Shown: positions 8,929-18,682 of the stretch, one piece after another
Layout: each line of letters begins with the position of its first letter
Numbering within the stretch: the stretch's first letter is position 1
Origin: Alkalispirochaeta sp.
Lineage (GTDB): Bacteria; Spirochaetota; Spirochaetia; DSM-27196; Alkalispirochaetaceae
Length of the DNA: 64,000 bases
Assembly: GCA_965242725.1 (NCBI GenBank)
Contig: CBDESZ010000018.1
Span: 320,001 to 384,000 of the forward strand
Direction of reading: 5' to 3'
Translations under genes and position numbers: made by a program
Notes under the pieces: generated by a model
The model's input: the letters and a program-made list of their open reading frames with translations, nothing else
Databases searched by the model: none
Told to the model about the DNA's origin: nothing

Positions 8929-9855
8929 ATGTCTACACCCTTGCGGCAACAGCACATGGCAACTTTCCTGCGTAACCGACTCACGCCTGCTCTGCCCGTA
9001 CCAACCAACGTTTCTCCCCGGCTCAGGAGAATGGACAACGTGCGATGGGTCGTGTTCGACGTCTACGGAACACTATTAACCTCCGCCGCGGGAGAGATCG
9101 GCTCCGCCGCCGATGGAACTCACCATGAAGAATCGACGCGGTTCCTTCCGAAACGATACGTGCCCTCCCATGAAGGCGGTACTGTATCCATTGAAATGAT
9201 CCGGTCACTCCTTCACACCGAAATAGTGCGGCACCATGACCGCCACCGCACGTCGGAGATCCCCCAGCCGGAAGTGGACATCAGGGCCGTCTGGTCGGTG
9301 GTCCTCCCGCAGATAGGGTGGAAGGAACCACCGCGGGAGTTTGTTGAAGAAATCGCACTCTGGTATGAAACCGAAATGAACCCGCTCTGGTCGATGCCGG
9401 GGGCGGCGGAGACAATAGCCGCGCTTTCGCCTCATTACCATCTCGGTATCATCTCCAACGCCCAGTTTTATACCCCCCCGATACTGGAAACGCTCTTTCA
9501 TCAGCCCCTGACCAAACTGGGGTTTTCCCTCTGCATATGGTCCTACCGGGAGGGTGTCGCGAAACCGTCTCCTCTGTTGTTCGATCGTTTTACCCGGGCA
9601 GCGACGCGCATTGATCCCACTTTCAAACCTGGGGATGTACTGTACATCGGAAATGATATGGGCAATGATATATTTCCGGCGATAAAACAGGGGTACAGAA
9701 CCGCTCTCTTCGCGGGAGACCTCCGATCCCTCCGCCTGAGAGAGGAAGATCCCGTCGTTTCGTCGGCACGGCCCGATGTAATCATTACCGAACTTTCCCA
9801 ACTGTTTGATATACTGCCGTACAACGGGGAATCCCGGAGAGGAATTGAATTATGA
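8929..9855 (+). CDS. HAD-family hydrolase
   Basis: FDVYGTL motif I, ISNAQFYT motif II, KPS motif III, IGNDMGND motif IV. Confidence 0.9.
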   Translation: MSTPLRQQHMATFLRNRLTPALPVPTNVSPRLRRMDNVRWVVFDVYGTLLTSAAGEIGSAADGTHHEESTRFLPKRYVPSHEGGTVSIEMIRSLLHTEIVRHHDRHRTSEIPQPEVDIRAVWSVVLPQIGWKEPPREFVEEIALWYETEMNPLWSMPGAAETIAALSPHYHLGIISNAQFYTPPILETLFHQPLTKLGFSLCIWSYREGVAKPSPLLFDRFTRAATRIDPTFKPGDVLYIGNDMGNDIFPAIKQGYRTALFAGDLRSLRLREEDPVVSSARPDVIITELSQLFDILPYNGESRRGIEL

Positions 9856-10697
9856 AAAAAGGCGTTGTGATCATCGTTATCCTAGTGATTCTTGGTGGTG
9901 TTGTCTTCGGATTTGGATACGTTCCGCTTCGGGTAGAACCGGGGCAGCAACTGTTGATGTTTTCGAAAACAAGCGGCTGGGACAGTGAACCCATCAGCCC
10001 AGGGGAGTTTTCATGGCGCTGGCAGCTTCTCATTCCGACAAACGTGACGTTCTATACAATTTCGTCACAGCCCCGTCGGGTAGCGGTACAAAGCACCACG
10101 GCACTGCCTTCAGCCGATTTGTATCGAGAGTTTCTGGAGGGGACCCCGATTCTTGAAGAACGAATCTCAATGCGGATACGGTATCGAATTTCCGACGCCG
10201 GGGTCCTTTCCCTTGCACCGTCCGGCATCGATCCCGGCAGTCTGGAACGATGGTACGCAGATATGGACGATCAGATTTCACGCACCGCCCTCCAGGCGGT
10301 ACGGCTCACCTTTCGACGCCTCCTTGAGGGGGATACCGACGCAGTCGATTTTACCACTCCCGTTGTCGAGGCGGTGGAGTCGGCGATTGCCCTGGAGCAT
10401 GAAGAGATTATTCTTGAATCGGTCATCATTGAAGATGTCCTTGTGCCGGACATTGCACTCTACAGGCTGGCCCGCGAAACCTACGGCGCAGTGCAGCGGC
10501 AGCGACAGGCTGCATTGGAAAACATGACCGCAAGCGCGACCACTGCGCGGGCACTTCAGAATGAACGTCTTGAGACCCTCGCCCGTTATGGAGAAATCCT
10601 CGACCGCCACCCGATTTTGCTTGAATACCTTGAGATCGCCGCCCGCCACGAAGAAGACCCCCTCGATCTCAGAGGCCTGGAAAGCGTCGTCGAATAA
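9852..10697 (+). CDS. Membrane-anchored hypothetical protein, SPFH/band-7-like organisation
   Basis: N-terminal TM anchor, beta-rich region (EPISPGEFSWRW), C-terminal coiled coil; ATGA overlap with the HAD gene. Confidence 0.55.
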   Translation: MKKGVVIIVILVILGGVVFGFGYVPLRVEPGQQLLMFSKTSGWDSEPISPGEFSWRWQLLIPTNVTFYTISSQPRRVAVQSTTALPSADLYREFLEGTPILEERISMRIRYRISDAGVLSLAPSGIDPGSLERWYADMDDQISRTALQAVRLTFRRLLEGDTDAVDFTTPVVEAVESAIALEHEEIILESVIIEDVLVPDIALYRLARETYGAVQRQRQAALENMTASATTARALQNERLETLARYGEILDRHPILLEYLEIAARHEEDPLDLRGLESVVE

Positions 10698-10702
10698 TGC
10701 CC

Positions 10703-12502
10703 CTACCCGACGCCTTCCGCGGCATCTCCTCTCTCGGACGTTGCCGCGGCGGCGGTGCGGGTACGGCCGGATTTGCCCCCCCGCGAAATGATTCGCAGCA
10801 CCCGCAACGTCTCGTCTATCAGGGCGATATATGTGCGCAGTCGGTCGTTCAACGATTCCATTCCCGCCGCAAACCCCTCATAGCTCTCGTATCGTTCCAT
10901 AAGTTCCTTGTGCTTTCCATCGAGAATACCGCGAAATGAACGGACAACACCGGAAAGACACTCGATGAAATCATCAATTATGTGACGGCTTTCATCCCCG
11001 ATTTTCTCTTCCTCTGCGGCGCGGCGACTTTTCAGACTCTCCGAATCCTCACTATTCCGCTGTTGAAGAAAGACCGCCCCTCGTTCCGTCGTTTCCGCGA
11101 CGGAAGCGTCCAGGTTTCTCAATCGTTCTTCGACCCGTTCGAGTTCCTTCACCGAATCAAGGACCTCAATCTGTGTCCCTCCATAGACGGGCGCGATTTT
11201 CTCGATGAGGGCGACAAACTCACGCAAACCGGCACGATAGGTATCGCGAAAAAAGGCGTCTATCACCTGAAGAGATGTGAACAGGACGGGACCTCTCCTG
11301 TTATTCCCGCCGTCCTCTCGATAGTGGACGTCCCGACGGATGTGCTGGAATTCCCTCATCCCCCGTGGAAAGAGGTCATGGAGGATCGAGGCGACTACAG
11401 CCTCCACAATTCCGTCAAACTCCCGCTCCAGCTCCTCCAGGACTTTTATCTTCAGGCTTGAATAATAAAAATCCCGCAGCCGGGGACGAGGCGTATACGC
11501 GTAAAAGCGGTGATACGGATCGTCGCGAAAATACCGAATGATCTCGACGAGAGGTACCTTTTCCTTTATCGCCTTTGCACCGTTCGTAACGGCAATGATC
11601 GCCTGTCGCAGGTACACCTCGCTCTCCCGTTCGTCCCGGGACGCAATTGAAGCGTATTGCTCAGCCAACTCGGGGTACACCACCGGTTCTCCCCGTATTT
11701 TACCCGCGCTGTATAACGCAACGTAGAGCTCTTCCAGCTGTTCGATCACGTCCGTCGCGGCGGCACGTTCCCATCGGGCATTCTTTTCCCCCTGCCCTTC
11801 GCCGGGACGAAACTTTGCAAGGAAGGATTCGTAGTCAAAGGTGGCAACCCGTTTAATGACATACAGGTGTTTCAAATCGTGCTCAATCTCTTCCAACACC
11901 GTAACGGGAATATCGTCTATGAAAGTTGCGATCCGTTGCAGGACCGTTTTTTTCACCTCTCCCTTGGAATCACTGTCCCTGTATATGCGTTGTAACTCTT
12001 CGGCATCGCAGAAATCATAGAGTGAATTTTTTGAGTCGGGAACTTTCTTCTCAAGGAGGTCATCCAGAACACTGCGGAGCAGTTCCGTCTTGCTCAGGAC
12101 TGTATGAAAGAACTCAACCGTCGGACGGGAGGCCGCCGAAAGCTCGTATACCGCCTGCGCCAGGGGCGGAAGAATCCGGTTGTTTGTGAAATCGACGTAT
12201 TCCGCCTGATATTCCCTGATTTCCTTCTTCAACTGGCTCAATCGAAAACGAACAAATACCTCTTCCTCACCACCGCTTGAAAACAGGCGGCGGAACCAGA
12301 AGATGATGCGCTCCCACAGCGTCAACCGCGACATGTCCGCGGCGATCAACGCGGCACGACGCTCGTTCTGAATTTTTTTATGGACAACCGACTGCCTGTC
12401 CGGCGTGTCGACGGTGAGGGCGCGGGTGATCCTTTTGTAGAGTTCCTTGCGTTCCCTGGCAGGCAGTGCCGACGCGAGCTCCTCTACACCAACCCGTTTC
12501 AC
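10703..12502 (-). CDS. Large helical hypothetical protein (possibly spirochaete DUF5312-like)
   Basis: About 600 aa ORF; GTG at 12502 forms a GTGA overlap with the thiN stop; family assignment is by resemblance only. Confidence 0.6.
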   Translation of the reverse strand: MKRVGVEELASALPARERKELYKRITRALTVDTPDRQSVVHKKIQNERRAALIAADMSRLTLWERIIFWFRRLFSSGGEEEVFVRFRLSQLKKEIREYQAEYVDFTNNRILPPLAQAVYELSAASRPTVEFFHTVLSKTELLRSVLDDLLEKKVPDSKNSLYDFCDAEELQRIYRDSDSKGEVKKTVLQRIATFIDDIPVTVLEEIEHDLKHLYVIKRVATFDYESFLAKFRPGEGQGEKNARWERAAATDVIEQLEELYVALYSAGKIRGEPVVYPELAEQYASIASRDERESEVYLRQAIIAVTNGAKAIKEKVPLVEIIRYFRDDPYHRFYAYTPRPRLRDFYYSSLKIKVLEELEREFDGIVEAVVASILHDLFPRGMREFQHIRRDVHYREDGGNNRRGPVLFTSLQVIDAFFRDTYRAGLREFVALIEKIAPVYGGTQIEVLDSVKELERVEERLRNLDASVAETTERGAVFLQQRNSEDSESLKSRRAAEEEKIGDESRHIIDDFIECLSGVVRSFRGILDGKHKELMERYESYEGFAAGMESLNDRLRTYIALIDETLRVLRIISRGGKSGRTRTAAAATSERGDAAEGVG

Positions 12503-13149
12503 AAATGAAGGGGGAGGTCCAATTTGTGTACCATGAGGAGACGTCCGTCCCGAACCGTTATTCGGCATGGCATTTCCGTACACTCATTGCTGATACCGAC
12601 GTCGCCACGGGTCCATTCCAATCCATTGAGGGGCCATTTAAGTCCATAACTTTCCATTGTACATTTTTCATTTCCAACTGGAAAAAACGATACGACACCA
12701 TCCGAGGGGGCGTCAAATCGCATATCTCCTTCAATAACGGTTATCACATCGCGGTGGGTTATCCACCTCCAGGGATATATTTTGCGCTCAAACAGAGCAA
12801 GAATTCCCATGAGGTGGTCGATGCGACCTCCCCCGCCTCCAATGATGGTAGTCCTGGAAATCCCCCTGCTGTAGAGCTCTTCCAGGGCGATTTCCGTATC
12901 CGTCCAGTCCTTGTGCCGGGAGTACCGTATGACCCTACTCTCGTCAAATTTGGCCAGCCTGTCAAAATCTCTCAACGAATCCATATCGCCGACGAGAAAG
13001 TCCGGTTCAATACTCAGGGATATTGCCGCGTCCAGTCCCGAATCGGCCGCAACAACACACCACCGATCCCGCTGCCGGATGGTTACACCCTTCCCGGGCG
13101 ATTTACCGCCGGTAATGACAAGCCCTTCCTGTTTATACGTTTCCGGCAT
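12499..13149 (-). CDS. thiN: Thiamine diphosphokinase
   Basis: AADSG, VGDMDS, KDWTDTE, GGRIDH, GLKWPL, GISNE; start ATG 13149. Confidence 0.93.
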   Translation of the reverse strand: MPETYKQEGLVITGGKSPGKGVTIRQRDRWCVVAADSGLDAAISLSIEPDFLVGDMDSLRDFDRLAKFDESRVIRYSRHKDWTDTEIALEELYSRGISRTTIIGGGGGRIDHLMGILALFERKIYPWRWITHRDVITVIEGDMRFDAPSDGVVSFFPVGNEKCTMESYGLKWPLNGLEWTRGDVGISNECTEMPCRITVRDGRLLMVHKLDLPLHL

Positions 13150-13176
13150 TCGCTGATGGTACCGCACTTTTCCCGT

Positions 13177-13203
13177 TAAGTCGAACCACGAGGGCACCGA
13201 CAA
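13177..13203 (+). promoter_or_regulatory. Sigma28 (FliA) promoter of flagellin
   Basis: TAAG-N15-ACCGACAA, close to the TAAA-N15-GCCGATAA consensus. Confidence 0.8.
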
Positions 13204-13210
13204 TGTACAT

Positions 13211-13250
13211 GAGGACAGGGACGTCCTCGAAATTTCATCAAGGAGGATGA
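13211..13250 (+). promoter_or_regulatory. Two CsrA-type GGA hairpin sites in the flaB leader
   Basis: GAGGAC-AGGGAC-GTCCTC and TCATC-AAGGAG-GATGA hairpins; the second contains the SD. Confidence 0.8.
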
Positions 13251-13251
13251 C

Positions 13252-14124
13252 ATGATCATCAATCACAACATGAGTGCGATGTTCTCGCAACGGCAACAGA
13301 AGTTCAACAACATGGATGTTCAGGGAAACATCGAGAAGTTGTCTTCAGGGTTGCGGATCAACCGTGCCGGTGACGACGCGAGCGGTCTTGCCGTCAGTGA
13401 AAAGATGCGGTCACAGATTCGCGGCTTGAACCAAGCCGAACGAAACGCAAGTGACGGTATCTCGCTGATACAGACCACAGAAGGGTACCTGCAGGAGACG
13501 CAGGACATTCTGCAGCGACTGCGGGAGCTGGCGGTGCAGTCTTCCAACGGTATTTACACCAGTGAAGACCGCATGCAGATTCAGGTTGAGGTTTCACAGC
13601 TCGTGGACGAAATCAACCGGATTGCTTCCCATGCGCAGTTCAACGGAATGAATCTCCTCACGGGCCGTTTTGCCCAGGACACGGGTACCAACGTCGTAAC
13701 CGCAAGCATGTGGTTCCACATCGGCGCCAACATGGATCAGCGGGAACGCGTATTCATCGGAACGATGACCGCTCAAGGCCTCGGCCTTCAGAGCACATCC
13801 GGCCTGCCCCACACGGCCAGCTTTATCAGCTTGTCCACTCCCGATCAGGCGAACTCGTCCATTGCCGTCATCGACTCGGCTCTGAAACGGGTGAGCAAGC
13901 AACGTGCCGACCTCGGTGCGTATCAGAATCGGCTGGATATGGCCCGTGTCGGACTCAGCGTCGGTGCGGAAAACCTCCAGGCCGCAGAATCGCGAATCCG
14001 CGACGTCGACATGGCCAAAGAGGTTGTTGACTACACGAAGAATCAGATTCTCGTCCAGTCTTCCACCGCAATGCTCGCCCAGGCAAATCAGTCTACCCAG
14101 TCGGTTTTGCAGCTTCTCCAGTAA
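13252..14124 (+). CDS. flaB: Flagellar filament core protein FlaB (flagellin)
   Basis: [59 protein letters not shown]; short variable region typical of spirochaetes. Confidence 0.98.
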   Translation: MIINHNMSAMFSQRQQKFNNMDVQGNIEKLSSGLRINRAGDDASGLAVSEKMRSQIRGLNQAERNASDGISLIQTTEGYLQETQDILQRLRELAVQSSNGIYTSEDRMQIQVEVSQLVDEINRIASHAQFNGMNLLTGRFAQDTGTNVVTASMWFHIGANMDQRERVFIGTMTAQGLGLQSTSGLPHTASFISLSTPDQANSSIAVIDSALKRVSKQRADLGAYQNRLDMARVGLSVGAENLQAAESRIRDVDMAKEVVDYTKNQILVQSSTAMLAQANQSTQSVLQLLQ

Positions 14125-14147
14125 TTTGGAGCGGGAGAGTAAAAATT

Positions 14148-14183
14148 CGGGCCGCCTCTTTGAGGCGCGCCCGTTTTTTTTTT
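14148..14183 (+). terminator. Intrinsic terminator after flaB
   Basis: CGGGCCGCCTC-TTT-GAGGCGCGCCCG followed by a long T run. Confidence 0.85.
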
Positions 14184-14194
14184 ATGATACGCAG

Positions 14195-15550
14195 ATGATC
14201 GCCCTTCCCGATACAGTTCGCCGATTTGCCCAACGGTACAGGGATGCCGGGTACCGTCTCTATGTGGTAGGAGGCGCCGTCAGAGACGAACTCCTGAAGA
14301 TGAAGGTATCTGATTTTGATTTTGCCACCTCCGCCCCGCCGGATGTCACACAGTCACTTTTCCGGAGAACCATTCCGACAGGCATCGATCACGGCACCAT
14401 AACCGTCCTTTTTGAAGGCGTCCCCTATGAAGTGACGACTTTTCGTGTCGAAGGCACCTACGGTGACCATCGCCGTCCCGATTCAGTACATTTTTCAGAC
14501 TCACTCCACGAAGACCTCCGTCGGCGGGATTTGACGATAAATGCTATGGCGATAGATCCGCTGACCGGCGAGTTGCACGACCCGTTCGGAGGGCGTGACG
14601 ATCTACGGATGCGAATCGTCCGTACCGTCGGTTCCCCTGCGGAACGGTTTGGCGAGGACGCTCTGCGCATGGTCCGGGCGATACGGTTCGTCACGACGCT
14701 TCAATTTGACATCGATACGTCCACAAGGGACGCAATAGGCGAAAACGCTCCGTCAATAGTCCACGTTGCACAGGAACGGATCCGGCAGGAACTGGAAAAG
14801 ATGATGGCCGCACCGCGCCCATCGGTGGGATGGAGTCTCTTTTCCGTGACGGGGCTTCTTGAGTTCATCATGCCCGAGCTGCTCGGAGACCGACAGCAGC
14901 ACTATCGGGAACGCGGCGGACCTCCCGTATTCGACCATCTTCTCGCCTCCTGCGATTGCGCCCCCCCGGATGATGGAATCCTGCGTTGGGCGGCGCTCTT
15001 TCATGACATCGGCAAGCCCGCTACCCTGGGGCACGATGAACGGGGTATTCACTTTCACACCCATGAGGTCGTCTCTGCGACTATGGCAAGGGAGATTATG
15101 GGCCGCCTTCGCTTCCCCAACGATACAATTCGGGATGTGGAACATCTTGTTGCCCACCACATGTTTGACTACGACACCTCATGGTCGGACGGAGCGGTAC
15201 GACGCCTCGTCTCACGGGTTGGACCGGACAGTCTTACCCGTCTCTTTGCCCTCAGGAGGATCGACATTTGCGGAAAAACCGGGCGTCCCGGTGAAAGCAG
15301 GGAATTGCGACATCTGGAAGAGCGGATCGCGCATCTTCTCTCAGGCAAACCGCCTTTGACGACAAAGGATCTCGCAATAGACGGCCGGGATATCATGGAG
15401 CTGTTGAATATACCGGCGGGGCCGACAATCGGAATCATTCTCCGGGACCTGCTGCAGACGGTCCTGGACGACCCGGCGACCAATACGTACGATCGCCTGG
15501 CCAGGGTGGCACGGAACTTTTACGAACAGCGTCTCAATACGGGAGCGTAG
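14195..15550 (+). CDS. cca: CCA tRNA nucleotidyltransferase with HD domain
   Basis: VGGAVRD, DFDFAT, EVTTFR, DLRRRDLTINA, EDALRMVRA, FHDIGKP; start ATG 14195. Confidence 0.92.
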   Translation: MIALPDTVRRFAQRYRDAGYRLYVVGGAVRDELLKMKVSDFDFATSAPPDVTQSLFRRTIPTGIDHGTITVLFEGVPYEVTTFRVEGTYGDHRRPDSVHFSDSLHEDLRRRDLTINAMAIDPLTGELHDPFGGRDDLRMRIVRTVGSPAERFGEDALRMVRAIRFVTTLQFDIDTSTRDAIGENAPSIVHVAQERIRQELEKMMAAPRPSVGWSLFSVTGLLEFIMPELLGDRQQHYRERGGPPVFDHLLASCDCAPPDDGILRWAALFHDIGKPATLGHDERGIHFHTHEVVSATMAREIMGRLRFPNDTIRDVEHLVAHHMFDYDTSWSDGAVRRLVSRVGPDSLTRLFALRRIDICGKTGRPGESRELRHLEERIAHLLSGKPPLTTKDLAIDGRDIMELLNIPAGPTIGIILRDLLQTVLDDPATNTYDRLARVARNFYEQRLNTGA

Positions 15551-15568
15551 CGGAATAGGTCGGGAATC

Positions 15569-16318
15569 TCATTCCTCTTCATCACCCACAAGTTCCTCCC
15601 AGGCAACGCTCGCGGCGGCCTGTTCGGCTTCTTTCTTGTTCTTCCCTTCTCCCGGGCCGTACTTCGTTCCCTCGACGGTGACGTCAATCCAGAATGTTCG
15701 ATCATGGTCGGGACCCGTTTTCTTTACAAGCGAGTACTGGGGATAGGTGCGGTACCGTTTCTGAACGTATTCCTGGAGAAGTGTTTTGTAATCCTTCCGG
15801 TGCCGATCCTCGAGGACCTTCCTGATTTCCGGCTTGATGTAGCGGAGTACAAATTTCTTCGCCGCCTTGAACCCGGAATCCAGAAAAAGGGCGCCGATGA
15901 TCGCTTCCAGCGCGTCCGCAAGAATTGCCTTCTTTCGCCGTCCTCCCGAATGCTCTTCGCCCTTCCCGATGAGAATATAGTTGTCGATACGAATCGTCCG
16001 GGCAATTCCCGCAAGACTGTCCTCGCTGACGACGAAACTCTTAATGCGGGCGAGCTCGCCCTCCGGTTTGTCCGAGAGCGTCACATAGAGATATTCCGCG
16101 ACGACCAGCCCGAGTACGGAATCACCAAGAAACTCGAGACGCTCATTGTTTTCCACTGAGTTTCCCGCCTCATTCGCATGGGACCGGTGACAGAACGCCT
16201 GATTCAGAAGCTCCAGACGCTTGAATTTCACGTCGGCGTGACTTTCAAACAGATGAAGCTCTTTTTTGCGTTCCGAGTCGATTGATGGGGTCGATGAAGA
16301 GCTGCGTAAGAAGGGCAT
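15569..16318 (-). CDS. rnc: Ribonuclease III
   Basis: NERLEFLGDSVL, ADALEAIIGA, dsRBD DYKTLLQE...KKEAEQAAA; start 16318 preferred because the ATG at 16339 lies inside a hairpin. Confidence 0.97.
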   Translation of the reverse strand: MPFLRSSSSTPSIDSERKKELHLFESHADVKFKRLELLNQAFCHRSHANEAGNSVENNERLEFLGDSVLGLVVAEYLYVTLSDKPEGELARIKSFVVSEDSLAGIARTIRIDNYILIGKGEEHSGGRRKKAILADALEAIIGALFLDSGFKAAKKFVLRYIKPEIRKVLEDRHRKDYKTLLQEYVQKRYRTYPQYSLVKKTGPDHDRTFWIDVTVEGTKYGPGEGKNKKEAEQAAASVAWEELVGDEEE

Positions 16319-16321
16319 AAC

Positions 16322-16362
16322 AAAAAGAGCCGACCGCATGAGTACAGTGCATACGGTCGGCC
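16322..16362 (-). terminator. Hairpin/terminator between acpP and rnc
   Basis: Minus strand GCCGACCGTATG-N9-CATGCGGTCGGC followed by TCTTTTTG. Confidence 0.7.
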
Positions 16363-16382
16363 GCTTCCTATGGTGATGAGAA

Positions 16383-16619
16383 TTACTTCTGCTGACTCTT
16401 AAGGAAGTTCAGCGCATCTCCAACGGTTTCAAATTCGTTCGCCTTCTCATCGGGGATGGCAATGCCCATCTCCTCTTCAATCGCGTAGACAAGCTCATAG
16501 GTGTCGAGGCTGTCCGCGCCGAGATCTTGTCGAAACGATGAATCGACGGTGATTTTATCCTCGTCAATTTCAAGCTTCTCTGCGATCAGCTTTTTCATTT
16601 TTTCGAACAATTCGTCCAT
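16383..16619 (-). CDS. acpP: Acyl carrier protein
   Basis: DLGADSLD phosphopantetheine site; GGAGG SD. Confidence 0.97.
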   Translation of the reverse strand: MDELFEKMKKLIAEKLEIDEDKITVDSSFRQDLGADSLDTYELVYAIEEEMGIAIPDEKANEFETVGDALNFLKSQQK

Positions 16620-16637
16620 ATAACCATCCTCCTGTGA

Positions 16638-16826
16638 TTAGTCGAGATCTTCCGTGTCTACCACCCGCTTGCCGCGATAAAAACCGGACGTCGGATCGAC
16701 ACGATGTCTGCGAACCAGCTCCCCCGATTCCGGCGATGTTACCAGCGTCGGAATTCCAAGTTTTGCGTTGATTTTGCGGCGACGCCGCGTTCGTGCTTTC
16801 GAATGTTTACCCTTCGGTACTGCCAT
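16638..16826 (-). CDS. rpmF: 50S ribosomal protein L32
   Basis: MAVPKGKHSKARTRRRR...HRV...GFYRGK; upstream TTGACA-N18-TATTAT. Confidence 0.95.
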   Translation of the reverse strand: MAVPKGKHSKARTRRRRKINAKLGIPTLVTSPESGELVRRHRVDPTSGFYRGKRVVDTEDLD

Positions 16827-16924
16827 TATATATATCCCTCACTAATTTCCAGTTAAAGATCAACGGATAATATCGTCGGTCTGTATGATTTGTCAACCTC
16901 GGTTGGAAACCGATAAACAGAAGA

Positions 16925-17407
16925 TCACACCTTACCGATCTTTTGACGCAATCGTTCTTCCACCAGCTTCGGCACCATGGCGCTCACATCACCCCCGAGG
17001 CGTACAAGCTCCTTTATCGAAGACGATCGAAGAACGAAATACTGGGCGTCGGTCGGAATGAAAATCGTTTCAATCTCGTTGTCCAGCCCCTTGTTGAGCA
17101 TTGAAAGCTCAAACTCATATGAAAAGTCCGACAACGCCCGGACACCGCGAATCATCACCGGAGCTCCTACCTTACGGGCAAACTCGACGATCATGCGATC
17201 CCAGAGATGAACACGCACATGCGGCCAGGGCTGTGTGAGCGTTTCCATCATTTCCAGCCGTTCATCGGCGTCGAAGGTATAGCTTTTCTGGTTGTTGTGC
17301 GCGACGACGACTTCGATCTGGTCAAAGATCTTTGCCGCCCGTTCTATAAGGTTGAGATGGCCGTTTGTAGGCGGGTCAAATGAGCCCGGCATAAGCGCTT
17401 TATGCAT
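16925..17407 (-). CDS. coaD: Phosphopantetheine adenylyltransferase
   Basis: PGSFDPPTNGH, IRGVR..SDFSYE, SSSIKEL; start ATG 17407. Confidence 0.96.
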   Translation of the reverse strand: MHKALMPGSFDPPTNGHLNLIERAAKIFDQIEVVVAHNNQKSYTFDADERLEMMETLTQPWPHVRVHLWDRMIVEFARKVGAPVMIRGVRALSDFSYEFELSMLNKGLDNEIETIFIPTDAQYFVLRSSSIKELVRLGGDVSAMVPKLVEERLRQKIGKV

Positions 17408-17469
17408 ATCCCATAGTACCCGGCCAACTACAGATTGACAAGAAAATGCCCATGGACGATCGTAACACG

Positions 17470-18171
17470 GTGAAACCGGCTTACCTGTCCATCCTGATGC
17501 TCTCACTCGTCGTTGTACTCGCTGCCGCCGATGCACCTTCGCAGGAACTCCCCGACTGGATCCCCGTCGGGACGGTATCTCCGCCGCTGGTTCGCCATTC
17601 TCTTGAAGCCATGGCGCGTCTGCAGAGCAGAAATCCCGGCCAGCAACGGGCTGCGCTGCAGCTACTTCAGTCGGATATCAGAGAGTTCGGCAAGGCGGAA
17701 ATGCGTATTGCCGCGGTTCCCCTTGTCGCGGAGCTCCTCTCTCAGGAGTACCGCATACTCGGTTTTCCCGACGACTACCGCGTTGACACGACGATCCGCC
17801 TCTCCGCCCTTGACGTGCTGGCCGAGGTTGGCGGTGAATCGGCTCGTGAACATATTCGATACAGTCTCCTCCACGACAACGACGGCGCGATCAGAAGTCA
17901 CGCCGCCCGATTATTGGCGACCGTCCCCGGGACCGATCCCGACGGTGACCTTGCGGCGGTTTCACAGTCGCTGTTGCGTGCGGTTCGTGGAGGTGCTGAT
18001 GAGGCGGAAGTGAGCCGCACCCTTGATGCCGCGGCACAGCTGTCGCGTGAAGCGTGGTCACCTGACGTGCCGGACCTGGTGAGATCTTTAGTGCTGATTC
18101 ATGAGGGAAATTTTTCGCGAAGGATCAGGAGGTCGGCGATGGCACTCCTGGAGGAATTGGCCAACCGATAG
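17470..18171 (+). CDS. Exported HEAT/ARM-repeat-like hypothetical protein
   Basis: Signal-peptide-like N-terminus; HEAT-like segments (TIRLSALDVLAEVG, AIRSHAARLL, IRRSAMALL); GTG 17470 chosen from promoter spacing (ORF open to 17446). Confidence 0.65.
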   Translation: MKPAYLSILMLSLVVVLAAADAPSQELPDWIPVGTVSPPLVRHSLEAMARLQSRNPGQQRAALQLLQSDIREFGKAEMRIAAVPLVAELLSQEYRILGFPDDYRVDTTIRLSALDVLAEVGGESAREHIRYSLLHDNDGAIRSHAARLLATVPGTDPDGDLAAVSQSLLRAVRGGADEAEVSRTLDAAAQLSREAWSPDVPDLVRSLVLIHEGNFSRRIRRSAMALLEELANR

Positions 18172-18329
18172 CCGACAGGCGAGGAGTCGGAGCCGTCCTG
18201 ATCGAGTATCCGCTCCGTCATGCGTCCGGCGAGAGTTTCCACGGCGTTGTCGATGTACGTCGGGTCCGCGAGAAACTCCCGGAGGCGTCGTATTTTTCCC
18301 GCGTCGATCTTGCGTGCTACCCTGGCCAT
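18099..18329 (-). CDS. Small hypothetical protein (weakly FlgM-C-like)
   Basis: Overlaps the yraN stop by 13 nt on the same strand; helical core KIRRLREFLADPTYIDNAVETLAGRM. Confidence 0.5.
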   Translation of the reverse strand: MARVARKIDAGKIRRLREFLADPTYIDNAVETLAGRMTERILDQDGSDSSPVGYRLANSSRSAIADLLILREKFPS

Positions 18330-18682
18330 GGGGACTCGAATGCTCCTTCAATATGTTTGATCCGTCCGTTTTCATTGTCCACAAAGACAACATCAAAACG
18401 GTGTCGGCGGTCGCACAACGCCGCCTCTTCCATGAGGAAAACCCGTGCCGCGTCGATAATGCGCCGTTGTTTCTTCCCGTTGATTGCGTACTCCAATGCG
18501 GCCGTCGAATTTGCCGTCCAGCATTTGACTTCGACGTAGACGATGGTGTCGCCCCTTCCACATATAATATCGACCTCTCCCCGCCTACTCCTGAAGTTTC
18601 GGCGGTGAATTGTGTATCCTTTTGCCGTCAGGTATTCAGCCGCAATGGATTCGCCTCTCCCGCCCAATCGCCGGGTGTTCAC
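18317..18682 (-). CDS. YraN (UPF0102) family putative endonuclease
   Basis: GESIAAEYL, NFRSRRGEVDII, VEVK, RFDVV. Confidence 0.92.
   Translation of the reverse strand: MNTRRLGGRGESIAAEYLTAKGYTIHRRNFRSRRGEVDIICGRGDTIVYVEVKCWTANSTAALEYAINGKKQRRIIDAARVFLMEEAALCDRRHRFDVVFVDNENGRIKHIEGAFESPWPG

Noticed and set aside
13904..14194. N-terminal extension of cca in the ORF track
   Set aside because: Overlaps flaB and its terminator; homology starts at ATG 14195. Similar over-extensions were trimmed for thiN, coaD, rimM, TAXI, ligA, lipA and rhomboid
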